This document shows positions 28,374 through 40,975 of a stretch of DNA of 64,000 nt, one piece after another. This stretch comes from Lingula anatina (Eukaryota; Animalia; Brachiopoda). The first letter of the stretch is position 1. Each line of letters starts with the position of its first letter. Position numbers and translations under genes: made by a program. A model generated the notes under the pieces. The model was given only the letters and a program-made list of their open reading frames with translations, did not search any database and was not told where the DNA came from. The DNA lies in assembly GCA_051362555.1 (NCBI GenBank), contig CM120642.1, positions 28,210,001 to 28,274,000 on the forward strand, written 5' to 3'.

Positions 28374-29318
28374 TTTGAGTGTCGTTTACACCAAGAGATC
28401 AGAACACAGTCCTTATTAATCAGAGTTAACTACGTATATGCACACGCTCGTGTTGATGGTATATTATGTTGCCCAGCTTCCTATGCAACCACGTGCGTAC
28501 TTGTTTGTGTATTAAATCCCGCACTTAATTCTGATGTTAAATTGAGAAGTGACAGACTTCGCAAATGTGAGTCTGCGCAGCAAAAAAATGAAACTATTCT
28601 AAAAAACTAGTTCCTTCTTGCGAGTCTCTCTGCTTCCTACCACATGTGATGTGATGGAATTTCTCTTAATATCGATAGACGCTCTATTGCCTAATACGGA
28701 TTAAAACTCGAGTATATTCCGAATACAATCATTAAACACTCGGCGCTGAATATATATATACACCTGCATTTGGGAACACATCCGCACAAATTCAAATATT
28801 CCCGGGAGAGATCAATATAACAATATTGTTATTCCACGCAAATACGCGTTACTCACCTATTCGATATAATGGTTACGATACGACTAACTAAATGCAAACA
28901 GTGTTGTCAAGAGATATACAGGTATGCTTGACAGTGTTTAAAGATGAGCTAAGTGCTTCATAGGCTTACTGGACACGAAATGGCGGTATTTGGTTTCTTA
29001 GAGAGAGTGCTATGTATGACACTGGTAATACAGCTACTCTAACAATAGCCGTTGTAATAACCATTACATCGATTTCTGAGATAGACATATTGTAGTTAAC
29101 AGTACTCTTTTTCTGTACCCTGCATACCAATCACAATTTCTGTTATTTTGAATTTACACCGTGAGAATCTTTACGCATAGATTTAAAATAGAAATGGAGA
29201 GTGACATCCACGTCCTTTGTTTTAAAAATTTAGACAGAAAACATTTTAATGTAGGCCTATACAACACAGAGACATTTGTATTTTTAAAAAGTTTTAAAAT
29301 TTTTTCTTTGTTTTTTAT

Positions 29319-29500
29319 TGCTTTACACGCAGAAGATCCCAGCTCAAAACCGGACAGAACCAGTATTGTGGACAATGGGTATATTTATTAATATCAATAT
29401 TGTACAGATTCAATCGCCAAAAAAATGTGCTAAAGAAAAGGGTTCTTAGTGCAGTGGTGATCATGCCTACTTAACATGCAGAAGAACCCAGGTTCAACCT
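29319..29500 (+). pseudogene. Two decayed tRNA-Val copies (3' half 29319-29362; degenerate copy 29441-29500)
   Basis: tgctttacacgcagaagatccc..cagaacca and ggttcttagtgcagtggtgatcatg..gcagaagaacccaggttc both match the 47135 tRNA. Confidence 0.7.
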
Positions 29501-31380
29501 TTTTAGTGCTGCGTTCAAGTTACATTTATTATCGCAGTTTATGCAGAGTAATTTTTTTTTTTTTGTTAACGGATTGATTGTTGTATACAATAATATAATA
29601 AATAGTTTGTTAAAACATAACAACCAAAAGGTTATAGTAAAAATGAATTAGAATAAACTATTCGAATTAAAATATCACATGAAATAAAGGAACCAGTCAG
29701 GGAACCAGTCCTGGATGCGTTAGTTTCTTTTCCCACCGTTTGTTATGAGACGACCCCTGGCATTGCGTCATCTCGCGCAAAGCATGTCGGTATCTCAAAA
29801 CGATAAACTCGACATGCAAAATTATAAAACGACTTTGCAGAAAATACTTTTCTCTCAAAATGATGAAAGTGACGATCTCAAAATGATGTTAGCACCTCGC
29901 AAAAAAAAAAAAAAAATGGTCAAAATGATACTTTCACCTTTTTTGTACAAAGGCTTCTCATCACTGTATGCAGACCTTGCATTACTGCAGTGTGCGAACG
30001 AAGTTTATTACCAATATTAAGATGTTCTTAATTGGCTGACCTGGTTACAAGCGATGATAAATATAAAAAGAGACGCAATATATCCAAGCACTGTGGGTAG
30101 CCCAGCAGTCGCCAAAGGACGTCCAACAGACTTTGATCGGTCCCACAGGCAGAAAAATTGTAGAATGGTCGACAATTGCTTGCCACTGGTTGCCGACAGT
30201 GATACAGAGAACGGAAAAGGGATGCTCAATGGTTGCTCAAACATCGTTCACGGGTCACCTGCACCTCCTGTTATCGGTGTTGGACACCGTAGGTCGCACA
30301 GAGGACGCACAGGGAAGGCAGACAATTAAGTCGCTCAGTGGACGCACAGGCCACTCGTTGTTCTTCAGGAAAAAATCGAGATTTGGTCGTTCAAGGAAGC
30401 ATTTACACCAATACAAGGTTTTCTTCCTTTGGCGACCACTGAGTCTCCAGGCCACATATTTTGGTCGTAGAAGGGATACACAAAAGCCGCCTTCCAGCCT
30501 AAAGGAAAGTTTGGCGTAGTCAAACGACATTTTATGGCGACAACAATCTCCAGAGCTTATTTATGCACATGTGCATTCTGCACATGCTCAATTGTGCCCT
30601 AAGGGGTAATCTCCTTTGAGGCACATGTTGCTACTTATACCATGGGGCATCACTGCCTGGCCTCATTTTGCTTGATTCATTCTGTTCACGCGCATGATAC
30701 AATTAAGCTACAAGTTATCTCAAATCTGCAACTGAAATCTTCAGTTCAAAAAATTTCATTTTACCTCTATGAGAACTTTCCAGCAGTTCACTCGATCTGT
30801 TGAAGCGTACAGTGACAGATTCTGCACAACTTCAAGCATAGTGGGGGCCTCTTTGCAACCCCACAAATGAAATTTGTGCAAAATTGTTGGTAAATAATAA
30901 CTTTTGCTGACTCGTCGCATCATAATTTTTAGGATGATGAGTCTTATTGAATATTTGATATATAATTTTTATCCCTAAGGCCATAACATTTAATACAGGC
31001 AACAATTTGCTACATTGTTATTATTGTTAAAACGATTACGATAGAGGGGTTTTATAATAAAAGCGGCCTGGTTTGGCCAAATCACGAACAAACAATATTC
31101 CTTGTTGCCTTCTTTCTTGCTATGAATGAGACTATAAAAGTTTGTGGTACACTGAGGTGGAGGAGACATAAAGGGGACTTAAGGCATTATACTCAAGTGG
31201 ACATAACCATCAGAAAACCACAATGTTGAGCGGTTAATCAGGTTTGCATACACGTAATCGGTAACTGCGTGCACTGTAAACAAACCGGGAACTTATAAAT
31301 TAGCGTTGAGGTCGCATGACACTGTACTGTACACCGGATACATATAACAAAGATCACCGCATTAGAAACTGAAAACAAAA

Positions 31381-31523
31381 ATGAAGTTTGACGAGATACT
31401 GGAGCACATTGGAGAGTTTGGCAGGAGTCAGGCTTGGGTTTTGTGCCTGCTTTGTATCCCACAAATCAGTGTCGCCTTGCAGATCGTTGTGGTGGTGTTT
31501 ATGCAGGAGACTCCTGACTACAG
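31381..31523 (+). CDS. SLC22 gene 1, duplicated first exon copy A (intact ORF and donor)
   Basis: MKFDEILEHIGEFGRSQAWVLCLLCIPQISVALQIVVVVFMQETPDY + AG|GTGAGA; 143 nt, phase 2, the same as copy B and as exon 1 of gene 2. Confidence 0.8.
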
Positions 31524-31825
31524 GTGAGACGATTTAATGAAATAACTGTAAATATAAACACGTGCTCTAACATATTCTCGCAGCTGCATGTAGCAGGACA
31601 TGCTAAAAAATCTCAGCAAATTTTGGTGCCGCGTGACAACCGCGTTGCTGCGGCGCTGTTATGTGACACATATAGCCACGTGGTCCTACCGGGAATACTC
31701 AGTAGGTGTGTTTTCTGGGAAACAAGAAGAGAGAGAGAGAGAGAGAAAAGAGAGAGACGTGTATGTTAGTTTAGCCTATTGGAACAAAGAATGGATAACC
31801 ATGTAGGCTACGTGTCGTCCTTGCA

Positions 31826-31858
<33 letters not shown>

Positions 31859-32169
31859 ACACACCAACGTCGTCCACGTAGTTTTTCTTTGCATACCTTT
31901 TAACCTTTATAATCAAGTCATAAAATTATATTTGTCTGAAAACAAATAAGAGGATCATTAGAGCTATGTCACAAATACACATAACAAATCCAGGTCTACC
32001 CAACTACCAGACGCAGCACCGAGGGATCCATCTAATTCAACGGTTGATCGGATCGCGCCACCGGTTTTCAGTGAGTCTGGTCTGAGCGTGCATGGTCTGA
32101 GTATCTTAGGACTGAGTGGAGATGGATGTTACCCAGACTGAGAGTCACATGAGTTAGTACATTCCTGGG

Positions 32170-32311
32170 CTCCGTATCTCGAAAGGTTCGCTATGTTGCG
32201 CACGAGCGTTAGTGTCTCGATTCCATAACCGATTCTGTTTCGAGATACGGGGCTATGGAATCGAGACACTAACGCTCGTGCGCAACATAGCGAACCTTTC
32301 GAGATACGGAG
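32170..32311. repeat. Perfect 58-bp inverted repeat with a 26-bp spacer (MITE-like foldback)
   Basis: 32170-32227 is the exact reverse complement of 32254-32311; the spacer holds a third copy of the terminal tttcgagatacgg. Confidence 0.9.
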
Positions 32312-32492
32312 ACCTTGGCTACACCTGAATGGCATAGTGAGCAGTAATCAGATGTGTTATCTTATTTATCCTATAGAACACACTGTACTACACGCCGAAT
32401 TACACTGTAATATAACACAGAACGTTATACCAGAGGTGGTACCACCGCTCTAGGCAAAAGGAGAATAAACTAACCACCGAAGAAAACCAAAA

Positions 32493-32890
32493 ATGAAGTT
32501 CGACGAGATACTAGAACACATTGGAGAGTTTGGCAGGAGTCAGGCAAGGATTTTGTCCCTGCTTTGTATCCCACAAATTAGTGTCGCCTTGCAGATCGTT
32601 GTGGTGGTGTTTCTGCAGGAGACCCCAGACCACAGGTGAGACGATTAAATTAAATAATTGCAAATATACACACGTGCTTAAGCACACTCTCGCCGCTACA
32701 TGTATATGTAGGTGCACATGGACATACCGGTTCGATATACAAATCTCAGTAAATTTTCTGGTACCACGCTGCGACCACGTTTCTACCACGCTATAATGTG
32801 TGATGGCTACCTGGGCATAGGAGGCGTTATTTTATTTTATTTATTTTTATTTATTTATTTTATTTTTTTTTGGGGGGGGGGGGGTACAAG

Positions 32891-32923
<33 letters not shown>

Positions 32924-35900
32924 GAAACCTGAATGTCAGTTAGGTTATTTGAAAACGGAACAGAACACCATGCATTCCTCGGCAATGATTACGTGTCGCC
33001 TTTTCACACATACGGTATACACCAAAAAGACCCGCGTTGTTCATCTCTGCATACATATGTTTATACCACTATTACCAAGGCATAAAATATAATGTATTTG
33101 TCTGAAAACAAAGAATAAGGTCTTTCGTGCTATGACACAAATACATATGACAACTAGAAAAGGCAATATAATTTAATGATCCTCAAGATATCTTTTTATT
33201 CCGCCCAAGCACAGGTTTTATGCCATTGCTTAGCCAATTAAATCACAAGCGGCAGTAATTGTGCCAAAGGAACCTTCATCACGGTTGACGACCAACGGAA
33301 TTTAAATTCAAACTATAAAATGATAAACTTTAAGGTTGATGACACGTTCAGTTAATGTGTGAAGTACATGTTAAAATTCTTGCCATTGCATCCAAAGGAC
33401 AATAACAGCATATATGACATTGCATCAATTGTCTCTCGTCGACAAATATAAATTGATAAGCAGCTATATATTAGTGTCTTAATTGCCTGTCTTATGGCAC
33501 TGAGAGTAAAAAGTGGTTACATTTAATAAAACTAAACATAAATAATGATATTATTAACTATAATAATAAAAAACAATCAACTAATGAATAAAACCGACTT
33601 ATCCCCCGGAGAGAGAAAAAGAGAGAGATTTAATGTTTTTCAAAACGATAAACAAATTGATTTTGATCAAATTTTAATTAAAATCATTCCGAAATCGTAG
33701 GCTATAGTTTAAGGTGGAGGTAACACCAGGTGGCGTACTCCCAAAAGAACATTTACTCGCCATCACACCACTTTATGTAACATCAGGAATCTATTAGTGC
33801 CACTTGTGCTTTCTTGTCACCATAAATTATTATGCCTAAAGATATAAAAATGTCCGGTTACATGTGCATTTGCAATTCAGCAAAAGAGAATTATAGGTCG
33901 AAGGTAATACACATAGCATTAATATAACGCAGAACGTTAGGCCAGAGGTGTGCATCTCCGCTCTAGTAAATGGAGAAGAAATTGAGAAAACAGAAATGAA
34001 GTTCGGCGAGATAGTAGAGCACATTGGAGAGTTTGACAGTACAGAAGCCAGGCTTGTTTATTGTATAACTTAAAACAAAGGGGGGGGGGGGGGGGGGGGA
34101 ATAACAATTGTACAGTAGTATTTTACCTAAATCCTACATTTAAACCTGGCCTATACCGAATACATTTGCATTTCAGATAGATAGTGTTAGCTACTCCATT
34201 ATACCCATTTTTAATTTATATTAATATGATATGAAAGGATGTCTTTTGGTATTTCTGCAAGTTGTACTATTTGAAACCATATGGTGGCCTTTGGTTCGGT
34301 TTCGTGGCAAAAAAGGTGCAATTTAAATTTAATTATATAACATAGAGATACACGTGTCCTCTTTTAGGTGCAGTCTTCCGGCATTGGTGAATGATACTTA
34401 CCTCGTACAAAACTCATGGCACGAGGATCTGGTGAACCTTACTATCCCAATCAATGACAAAGATGGCGGCTACGACAAATGTAGCCAGGCGGTGGAAACG
34501 CGCTACTTATATGATTAAGACGAGCCTAGCCGTCAGTACCGGATATTGTTTTGTGACCTTGAGGAGCAATTAGGTTTGGTCTTTGCGGCACGCATGAACA
34601 GTAGTCGAACTACCACACCTGGGTCTTTTGTTTTTGACAACTGTTCACTCGTCATCGAGGCGCTTGTTCAAGACTACAGGCTGATATCTACTAGTACTAC
34701 CAGTGGCTTCATTAGTAACGTTCCCACAATACTTAGTTTTCTGTCTGTGCGTACATACCCTGAAAAAAGCCAGCCTCGCTGACGAGAACAATGGACGTTT
34801 CTCACCCCTCTCTAGGATTACCCCTGATGTAGCTACTACCGGCAAACCGACTACGGGAACAAAACGTTAGCTGAATGCGACACTTGGGTGTATGACACAT
34901 CGGTCTTCTCGAAGACATTCCCAATGGACGTGAGTATTTGCACACATTAAGCCTCGTGTACATGTGCATGGAATTGTTCTGAATATGCACATGGGTTCAA
35001 TGTATCCTATCCAAAATTTTCCATCCAAGTCAAATTTTTTCCTACTCACAAACCGGCGCCTTTTGATGAGTTTTTATTGTTATAAGAATTGAGTACACTG
35101 GGAAAGATAAGTAGCTTTGTACAATATTCAGACCAAATATGACACTCGAGCAAATTTAAAACACCGAATTATATAGAACTACAATTTAATTCACATCCGA
35201 GGAAGATTATTTATGATTGAGTGGTTTTGTTCAACAATGCTATGCCAATTATATTCTTCTGCCTCTCCCAGCACTTTGTCCATCTTTACACCTCTCATAT
35301 ACTCATATTCCAATGGTTAACTGTATACTTTCAGTTGGTGTGCAAGAACTCATTCAAGGTCCGTAGTATCCAAGTCATCTTTTTGAGTGCTGTTCTCGTA
35401 GGATCTATAATTGGAGGAATTTTAGCTGACTAGTAAGCTGATATATCACTCTTAAAGTATTTTAAACTCCTTTTTTAGGATTTCTTTTTTTCATTTTTGA
35501 GTGCCCGCATTAGTGCATGCGCAATGGCTCGTTCCCGTTACGTAGGAAAACCTACATGTACAGTACACGTAGCTTTTTAAGTTTGAAATTGAAGTAAATG
35601 ATTTTAAAATAATTTAAAATCCATGGAGCAAATTGTTATATTAAGAATTAGCACGCCAACTATTTTTTAATTTAATTATATAAGAATACAAAAAAAAAAA
35701 AACAAAAAAACATTAAATGATTTTTTTTTATAAAGTGAAAAGTGTTCTAACCTTCATACTAAGATATAATACCTATTTATTTCAGCTGTGGTCGTAAGCC
35801 TGTACTTCTCGTATCCTGTCTTCTCCATGCAGGAGCGGGAGTGGGTGCTGCTTTCTCTCCAAATTACACTGCTTTTGCCGTCTTCAGGTTTTTGGTTGGA

Positions 35901-36140
35901 TTGGCCAGTCCCAACATATTCGCATCGGCGCTGGTGCTCGGTAAATAAAACAAATAATGCCTTCGTTATCTCTTTAATGCAGCGTATTTCCTCTTGTATT
36001 AACCAATGCTTTAACTGTTTTGATCATAGGCCTATCCCATATGTTTAATATTTTAAAGACCATTTTAAAGGTATCATTTCATAATGTTTAAATCCGAACC
36101 CTAAAGATAGCTCTTGGACTGAAGGTTTTTTATTGACAAT

Positions 36141-36191
<51 letters not shown>

Positions 36192-39037
36192 TTTCAGCCT
36201 TGGAACTTGTGGGCCCAAGTAAACGTATGGTGGCAGGTTTAGCTCCAGAATTTGCCTTCTGTACAGGCTTGGTACTTCTGACACCTCTTGCTTACGGCAT
36301 ACGGGACTGGCGATATCTTCAACTCGCTGTATCTGTCCCTTCCTTCTTGTATATTTTTTTATGGTGGTGAGTATAATCTCGTAAAATAATCCATCATATG
36401 ATGACCAGTTACGCATCTTCAACTCTACCTTATGGTTTGGGACGAACAAAACGCGCCTGCAAATTATTAGAACACTGAAGGCATATGAATCATATAATAG
36501 ATGGATGGCATCAATATATTCTCCTTAAACGCCTTAACACATCTTGACAAATTACGTTCAGTTCTACTTCTCTGATGTTGTGGACCCTACATACAGAATT
36601 TAAAAAAATACATTAGTTATTCGGCTTGTTTTTACGACCTGATGGCTTTTTCTGATTCTTTTCGTGTAGGCTCATACCAGAATCTCCTCGTTGGTTACTA
36701 ACAAGAGGTCACACAGAGAGGGCAGAGAAAATCTTACGCTGGGCCGCCAAGGTGAACAAGAAAACCCTTCCTGCCACGATTTTTGACGAGAAAACACTCG
36801 AGAAAACGGAATATGTGAGCCCGCTGGAGATGCGAAAGACTCCAAGGCTCCTTCTACGGACTTTGCTTGGAATGTTTGTTTTGTAGGTTTAGCATTAGTG
36901 TGTGAAAGGTATTATAACTTGATTTTACCACTATGATCAATAACAAGGATGACAGTGTTTACCCCTATATATACATGTAGTTAAGCAGTTTTTTTTTTGT
37001 CGTAGGCATCAATCTATCAATAAATGAAGATCGAGAACAATAAAAATTCTAGGGCAAAATGGACAGAAGAAGACGGAAATCTAAGTATTCGTGTTTTCTT
37101 TTGGGAAATGCGGACACTCGGTTTCTCTCCCTGTCGGCTGCTGATTTGACGGATCTATTGAAGTGTGAAATTTACTTTTTTCATTTTCAGTTTTGTCATA
37201 ACTTTGGTATACTACGGTCTCATCCTAAATCCAGGAACACTGGCCGGGGATCTCTTTGTGAATTATTTCCTCACAGCCTTTACTGAATACCCGGCTTACT
37301 GCATTTGTTTCGTCATCAATAAACTGGGAAGAAGATGGCCGCATGCTATTAGCATGATGGTCGCCGGAGTTGCTATGATCTCCACTATATTTGTCGAGCT
37401 CTATGCTAAAAAAGGTAATGGCAGAAAATTGGTTTGAATATGAGTAATGTTTACTATACTAGTATGTGCAATATTGAATGGAAAATGAACATCATAATTT
37501 AGCATAAAATGGAGACCTATGTTCTTATTAGGAAATTGTCAGTACTGAGATATTCATAGATAAGAATACTAATTGGAAATATACATGTATATAAACTTGA
37601 ATGTACATATTTTTTTATTTATAAACAATTTTTAGAACTGTCACAAAAATACTGTTCCTCTTTCAAAGTGTTCTAATAACTATGAAAACGTTTCCGGACA
37701 CGGAATTAAGATTGACATATTTTCTCCACGCCTCATATTTCAGGGTTACTGTCAACAGACGTTGCTCAAACCTCTCTCTTTATGGTTGGCAGAACTGGAA
37801 TCACCGTAGCGTTCGGTATTTTCTATATGTGGTGTGGGGAATTTTCCCCGACGCCCCTCAGAAATTTTGTGGTAGGCATATGCAACGTGAGTGGTCGGTT
37901 GGGCGCCGTGTTTGCACCGCTGATAGTGGTACGTATTTTTCATTTTTAATTTTTTTGAATTACCATGGTAATTCACAACATTTTGATAATTATGAGTTTA
38001 TTAAAAAAAAAACCATAGCATTTAAAAGGCTCAAGTAGTCTAATTTGTAAATTTACAATGTGCTTTAGATCTAGCAGAAATTTCATTGTCATGGAAGTTT
38101 ACGGACTATACCCTTATCAACCAAGGCACAACTAGTAGAAAACCGTTGACAAATGCTTATTATATCCTCATTCGAGTTTAATGTTGCGAGTGTTAAAGTC
38201 ACTGTTGTATATGTAAATAACGGAGATGGAGACTGGTAGAATTCATTTGTAAAGGTAAAGTTGGGTTTTAGTAACACGGAAACGGGATATATAGATTGCA
38301 GTCTTGAACAGGTCTGGATATGGATTACCTTCGTGAGAAAAGCGAAATTGTTGAAAATTTCAAGACGATTTTTTGTTATAATTGCGTGTAACATACAAGA
38401 ATGTCACTTTTTTCATCCGATTTTAGTGCACATTGTACTTTCTATTTCTGAAACTTGTATACAGCATTTTCACCATTAGGCGATTTAACAGAGAGAAACA
38501 GAGAAACATGAAACATGGAGTCCGATGCAGTATTTGCAGCTATGCGGGGTAAATATGGCCTTTCTACTGAAATTACAACTGTCTTTTATCAGGAAGAATT
38601 TGGAAGAAACGCACAACTTGGGAACACAATACCATGGACAATATTTGGCGTATTGGCATTGGTTGCTGGAGTAAGCTCCCTATTTCTGCCAGAGACTCGC
38701 AACAAGCAACTCCCAGAGACATTAATGGATGCTAATGTTTTTGGTGTGAAACCAACGTAAGGATTTCAAAGCATCTCTCTCTTTCTCCTTCTCCTTCTTT
38801 TATTCTCCCTCTCTAGTGACAAAGCTGTCCATAATAAAAGAACAAACTGTATTTTTACAAATGTCATAGGGGATATTTACCGTTACGTCACATTTGCATA
38901 ATTTTCCATATTTTTTCAGCAGGGGGTCCGGTTTATCAGATCCAGCACATGCCATAGCCCTCATACCAAAGCAGTCGCCGAAGGACCCCAAAAATGACAC
39001 GTTACTACAAGACAAGTCCAGCTCTTTAGGCATCTAG
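32493..39037 (+). CDS. SLC22 organic cation/anion transporter-like MFS gene 1; exon 2 interrupted by a transposon (possible disrupted allele or pseudogene)
   Basis: Exons 32493-32635, 34368-34929 (214 nt after removing the 348-nt insertion), 35335-35432, 35786-35940, 36198-36366, 36670-36882, 37191-37414, 37744-37928, 38593-38756, 38920-39037. Motifs: GRKP, ELVGPSKR, IRDWRYLQ, PESPRWL, EFSPTPLR, LPETRNKQLPET. Confidence 0.88.
33996..34073 (+). pseudogene. SLC22 gene 1, degenerate first exon copy C
   Basis: MKFGEIVEHIGEFDSTEARLVYCIT* has no donor site; its upstream ~80 nt are homologous to the upstream region of copy B. Confidence 0.75.
34486..34826. mobile_element. 341-bp non-autonomous DNA transposon (CAGG...CCTG ends, 7-bp TSD; P-element-like) inserted in SLC22 exon 2
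   Basis: TSD ATGTAGC at 34479-34485 and 34827-34833. Removing the element plus one TSD restores DKCSYY, matching DSCSYY in the paralog. Confidence 0.85.
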
Positions 39038-40975
39038 GAGAATATTTCGCGCTGCAACGCCCTTAACTGTTCTCTTCAGAGTACAAAGATAGAACACAAT
39101 CTGCAATGGGTTCAACAAAGGGTGCCATGCGCTCAAGACATAGTGCCCTATGTACTGTGTACATATATGAGATTTTCTATATATGAGAAGTTTTCCTTGT
39201 TACTTTTTTGTAAGCAAATTTCTAACCAGCTGTAAGATATTATAGTGGATAGGGATCTAGTGAGGACGTTTTCATTAAGACCTGTTTAGCACTACTTAGT
39301 CTCAATGTACCGTGCCATGTTTTAATCCGCCTTGACCTGTCTATAAACGTGCGCGTATGGGGATAGATAAATAGATAATCCCTTAGGAAAATGAAAAATA
39401 TGCAGCAAATATGCAGGAAATATGCTGCAAACTAAATAGTTTGCAAGAAAACGATTGTAGCTGTAAATTGATGCAAATTTGCAAGGAATTTTAAGTTTGT
39501 GAGAATTCTTCGCATCTTATCAAATTTGAAACAGTACCTCATTTGCATGGTTAAATTCTTCCTTACAAATTTGCAGCAACAGTTTGATAAAAGCCAAAAA
39601 TTTTGCTAAGTATAGATACATAGATAGATAGAAGTTTGAAATTAAAAGAAAGGAATAATGAGCAGTATATATAATTCTTAGATATGTTTATAAATGAAAG
39701 AAGTCTGAGATACCAGGATGATTTGAGTACATAAAATTCACTGTTCATGCACTGTAGACTGTTTATATAAAGTGACCGAGAGTTCTCGATGGTTATTTAA
39801 ATGTAAGTATGGGGGTTCGGTTTACATTTGAATTTGTAGGTATAATTTTTTGCAGGATATTTTTGCTGCAATTCTACAGGTTTAGGACCATTATTTGTGG
39901 TGCATTTTTTTGTCACATTTAACAAGGCAGAAAATATACCTTTTGTGAGATGTATTAAAGCTGCCTGCATTAGTATAGATTTTATACACAACACTGTTTT
40001 CGTATCCTTTGTTATCTGAAAAATAAAATAAATATTATTATATATGTTTCGTTGTTGTTGTTTGCCACGCTGGGCAATATGGTACCTATTCTCTGATGGT
40101 TCTAGATGTGTTATTTGTCATGAAGGTAAAGGTCATTAATGCTTTATCGTTTTAAAACGGTGTCCAGTCATTAGGAACTACTTATGAAGTTTAAGTTAAA
40201 AAAAAGGAGACATCGTATCCAAGTGCTGGAAAGGGTCGATCGATGTTTTTGAGTCCGGGAAAATTATTCTTTACTCCCCGAGAAAAATTTTGGCTGGTAA
40301 ATCACGCGAAGAGTAACTTTAACTTTAAAAGAGGTATACACACTAAACATAGTGTACCAGTATACGTTATTCAGAGACCCTTTAAAATTTGTCGAAAACT
40401 AGCAAATTAGAGTTGAGGGGTTTTGATCTGTTGATCAATTCGTACTACACGTCCCCGACTGATCAAACAAACTACTACAAGCTGCATAGTACGTGCATAC
40501 TATGATGCTGGTAAATGATAAAAACAAGCGTGTACACATATTTGCTAAACTGATATATTTCAGTCATACATGTAGTAACGATTGGTGGTGTCGAAACCGT
40601 TGATAGGAAGTCAATTTTTATCAATAAGGTCAATGGGAATGCTAGCATGAACTTTTCACCTTTTGTGATATGTCAGCTAGTGCTACCATGAGCTTTATTT
40701 TGCATAAAAGTGTGCACCATATAGTAAAACCCGCCATGGGCTTAATGGATCGGAAACTGGGCCAGTTTGGGTGAACAGAATATGATAAATGATGTCAATG
40801 TGCATAACTACATCGGCGCAAAACTGAATCAGATTTAAAATCGATTGAGCAGTAAAGGATAAAAACAGTCAAAGGACATAAATCGGATTTGAATCTATCG
40901 CAGCACGTAATCGCAAATGGTACCAGAACGTGACGCACTTAATGGTGAGATTAGTGACATCTAAGAAAAACAGTC

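Noticed and set aside
29745-30530. Overlapping ORFs in a GC-richer segment upstream of SLC22
   Set aside because: No recognisable motifs or convincing exon structure; probably repeat-derived, and I could not define its ends.
34479-34833. Introner-like precise splicing of the exon-2 transposon using GT in the first TSD and AG in the second
   Set aside because: It would delete 4 coding nt and shift the frame. The other nearby GT/GC-AG combinations I tested give frameshifts or an in-frame TGA.
34930-35328. Possible U12-type (AT-AC) intron ending in AC
   Set aside because: The donor is GTGAGT, not RTATCCTT, and there is no TCCTTAAC branch site; a shifted AG explains it more simply.
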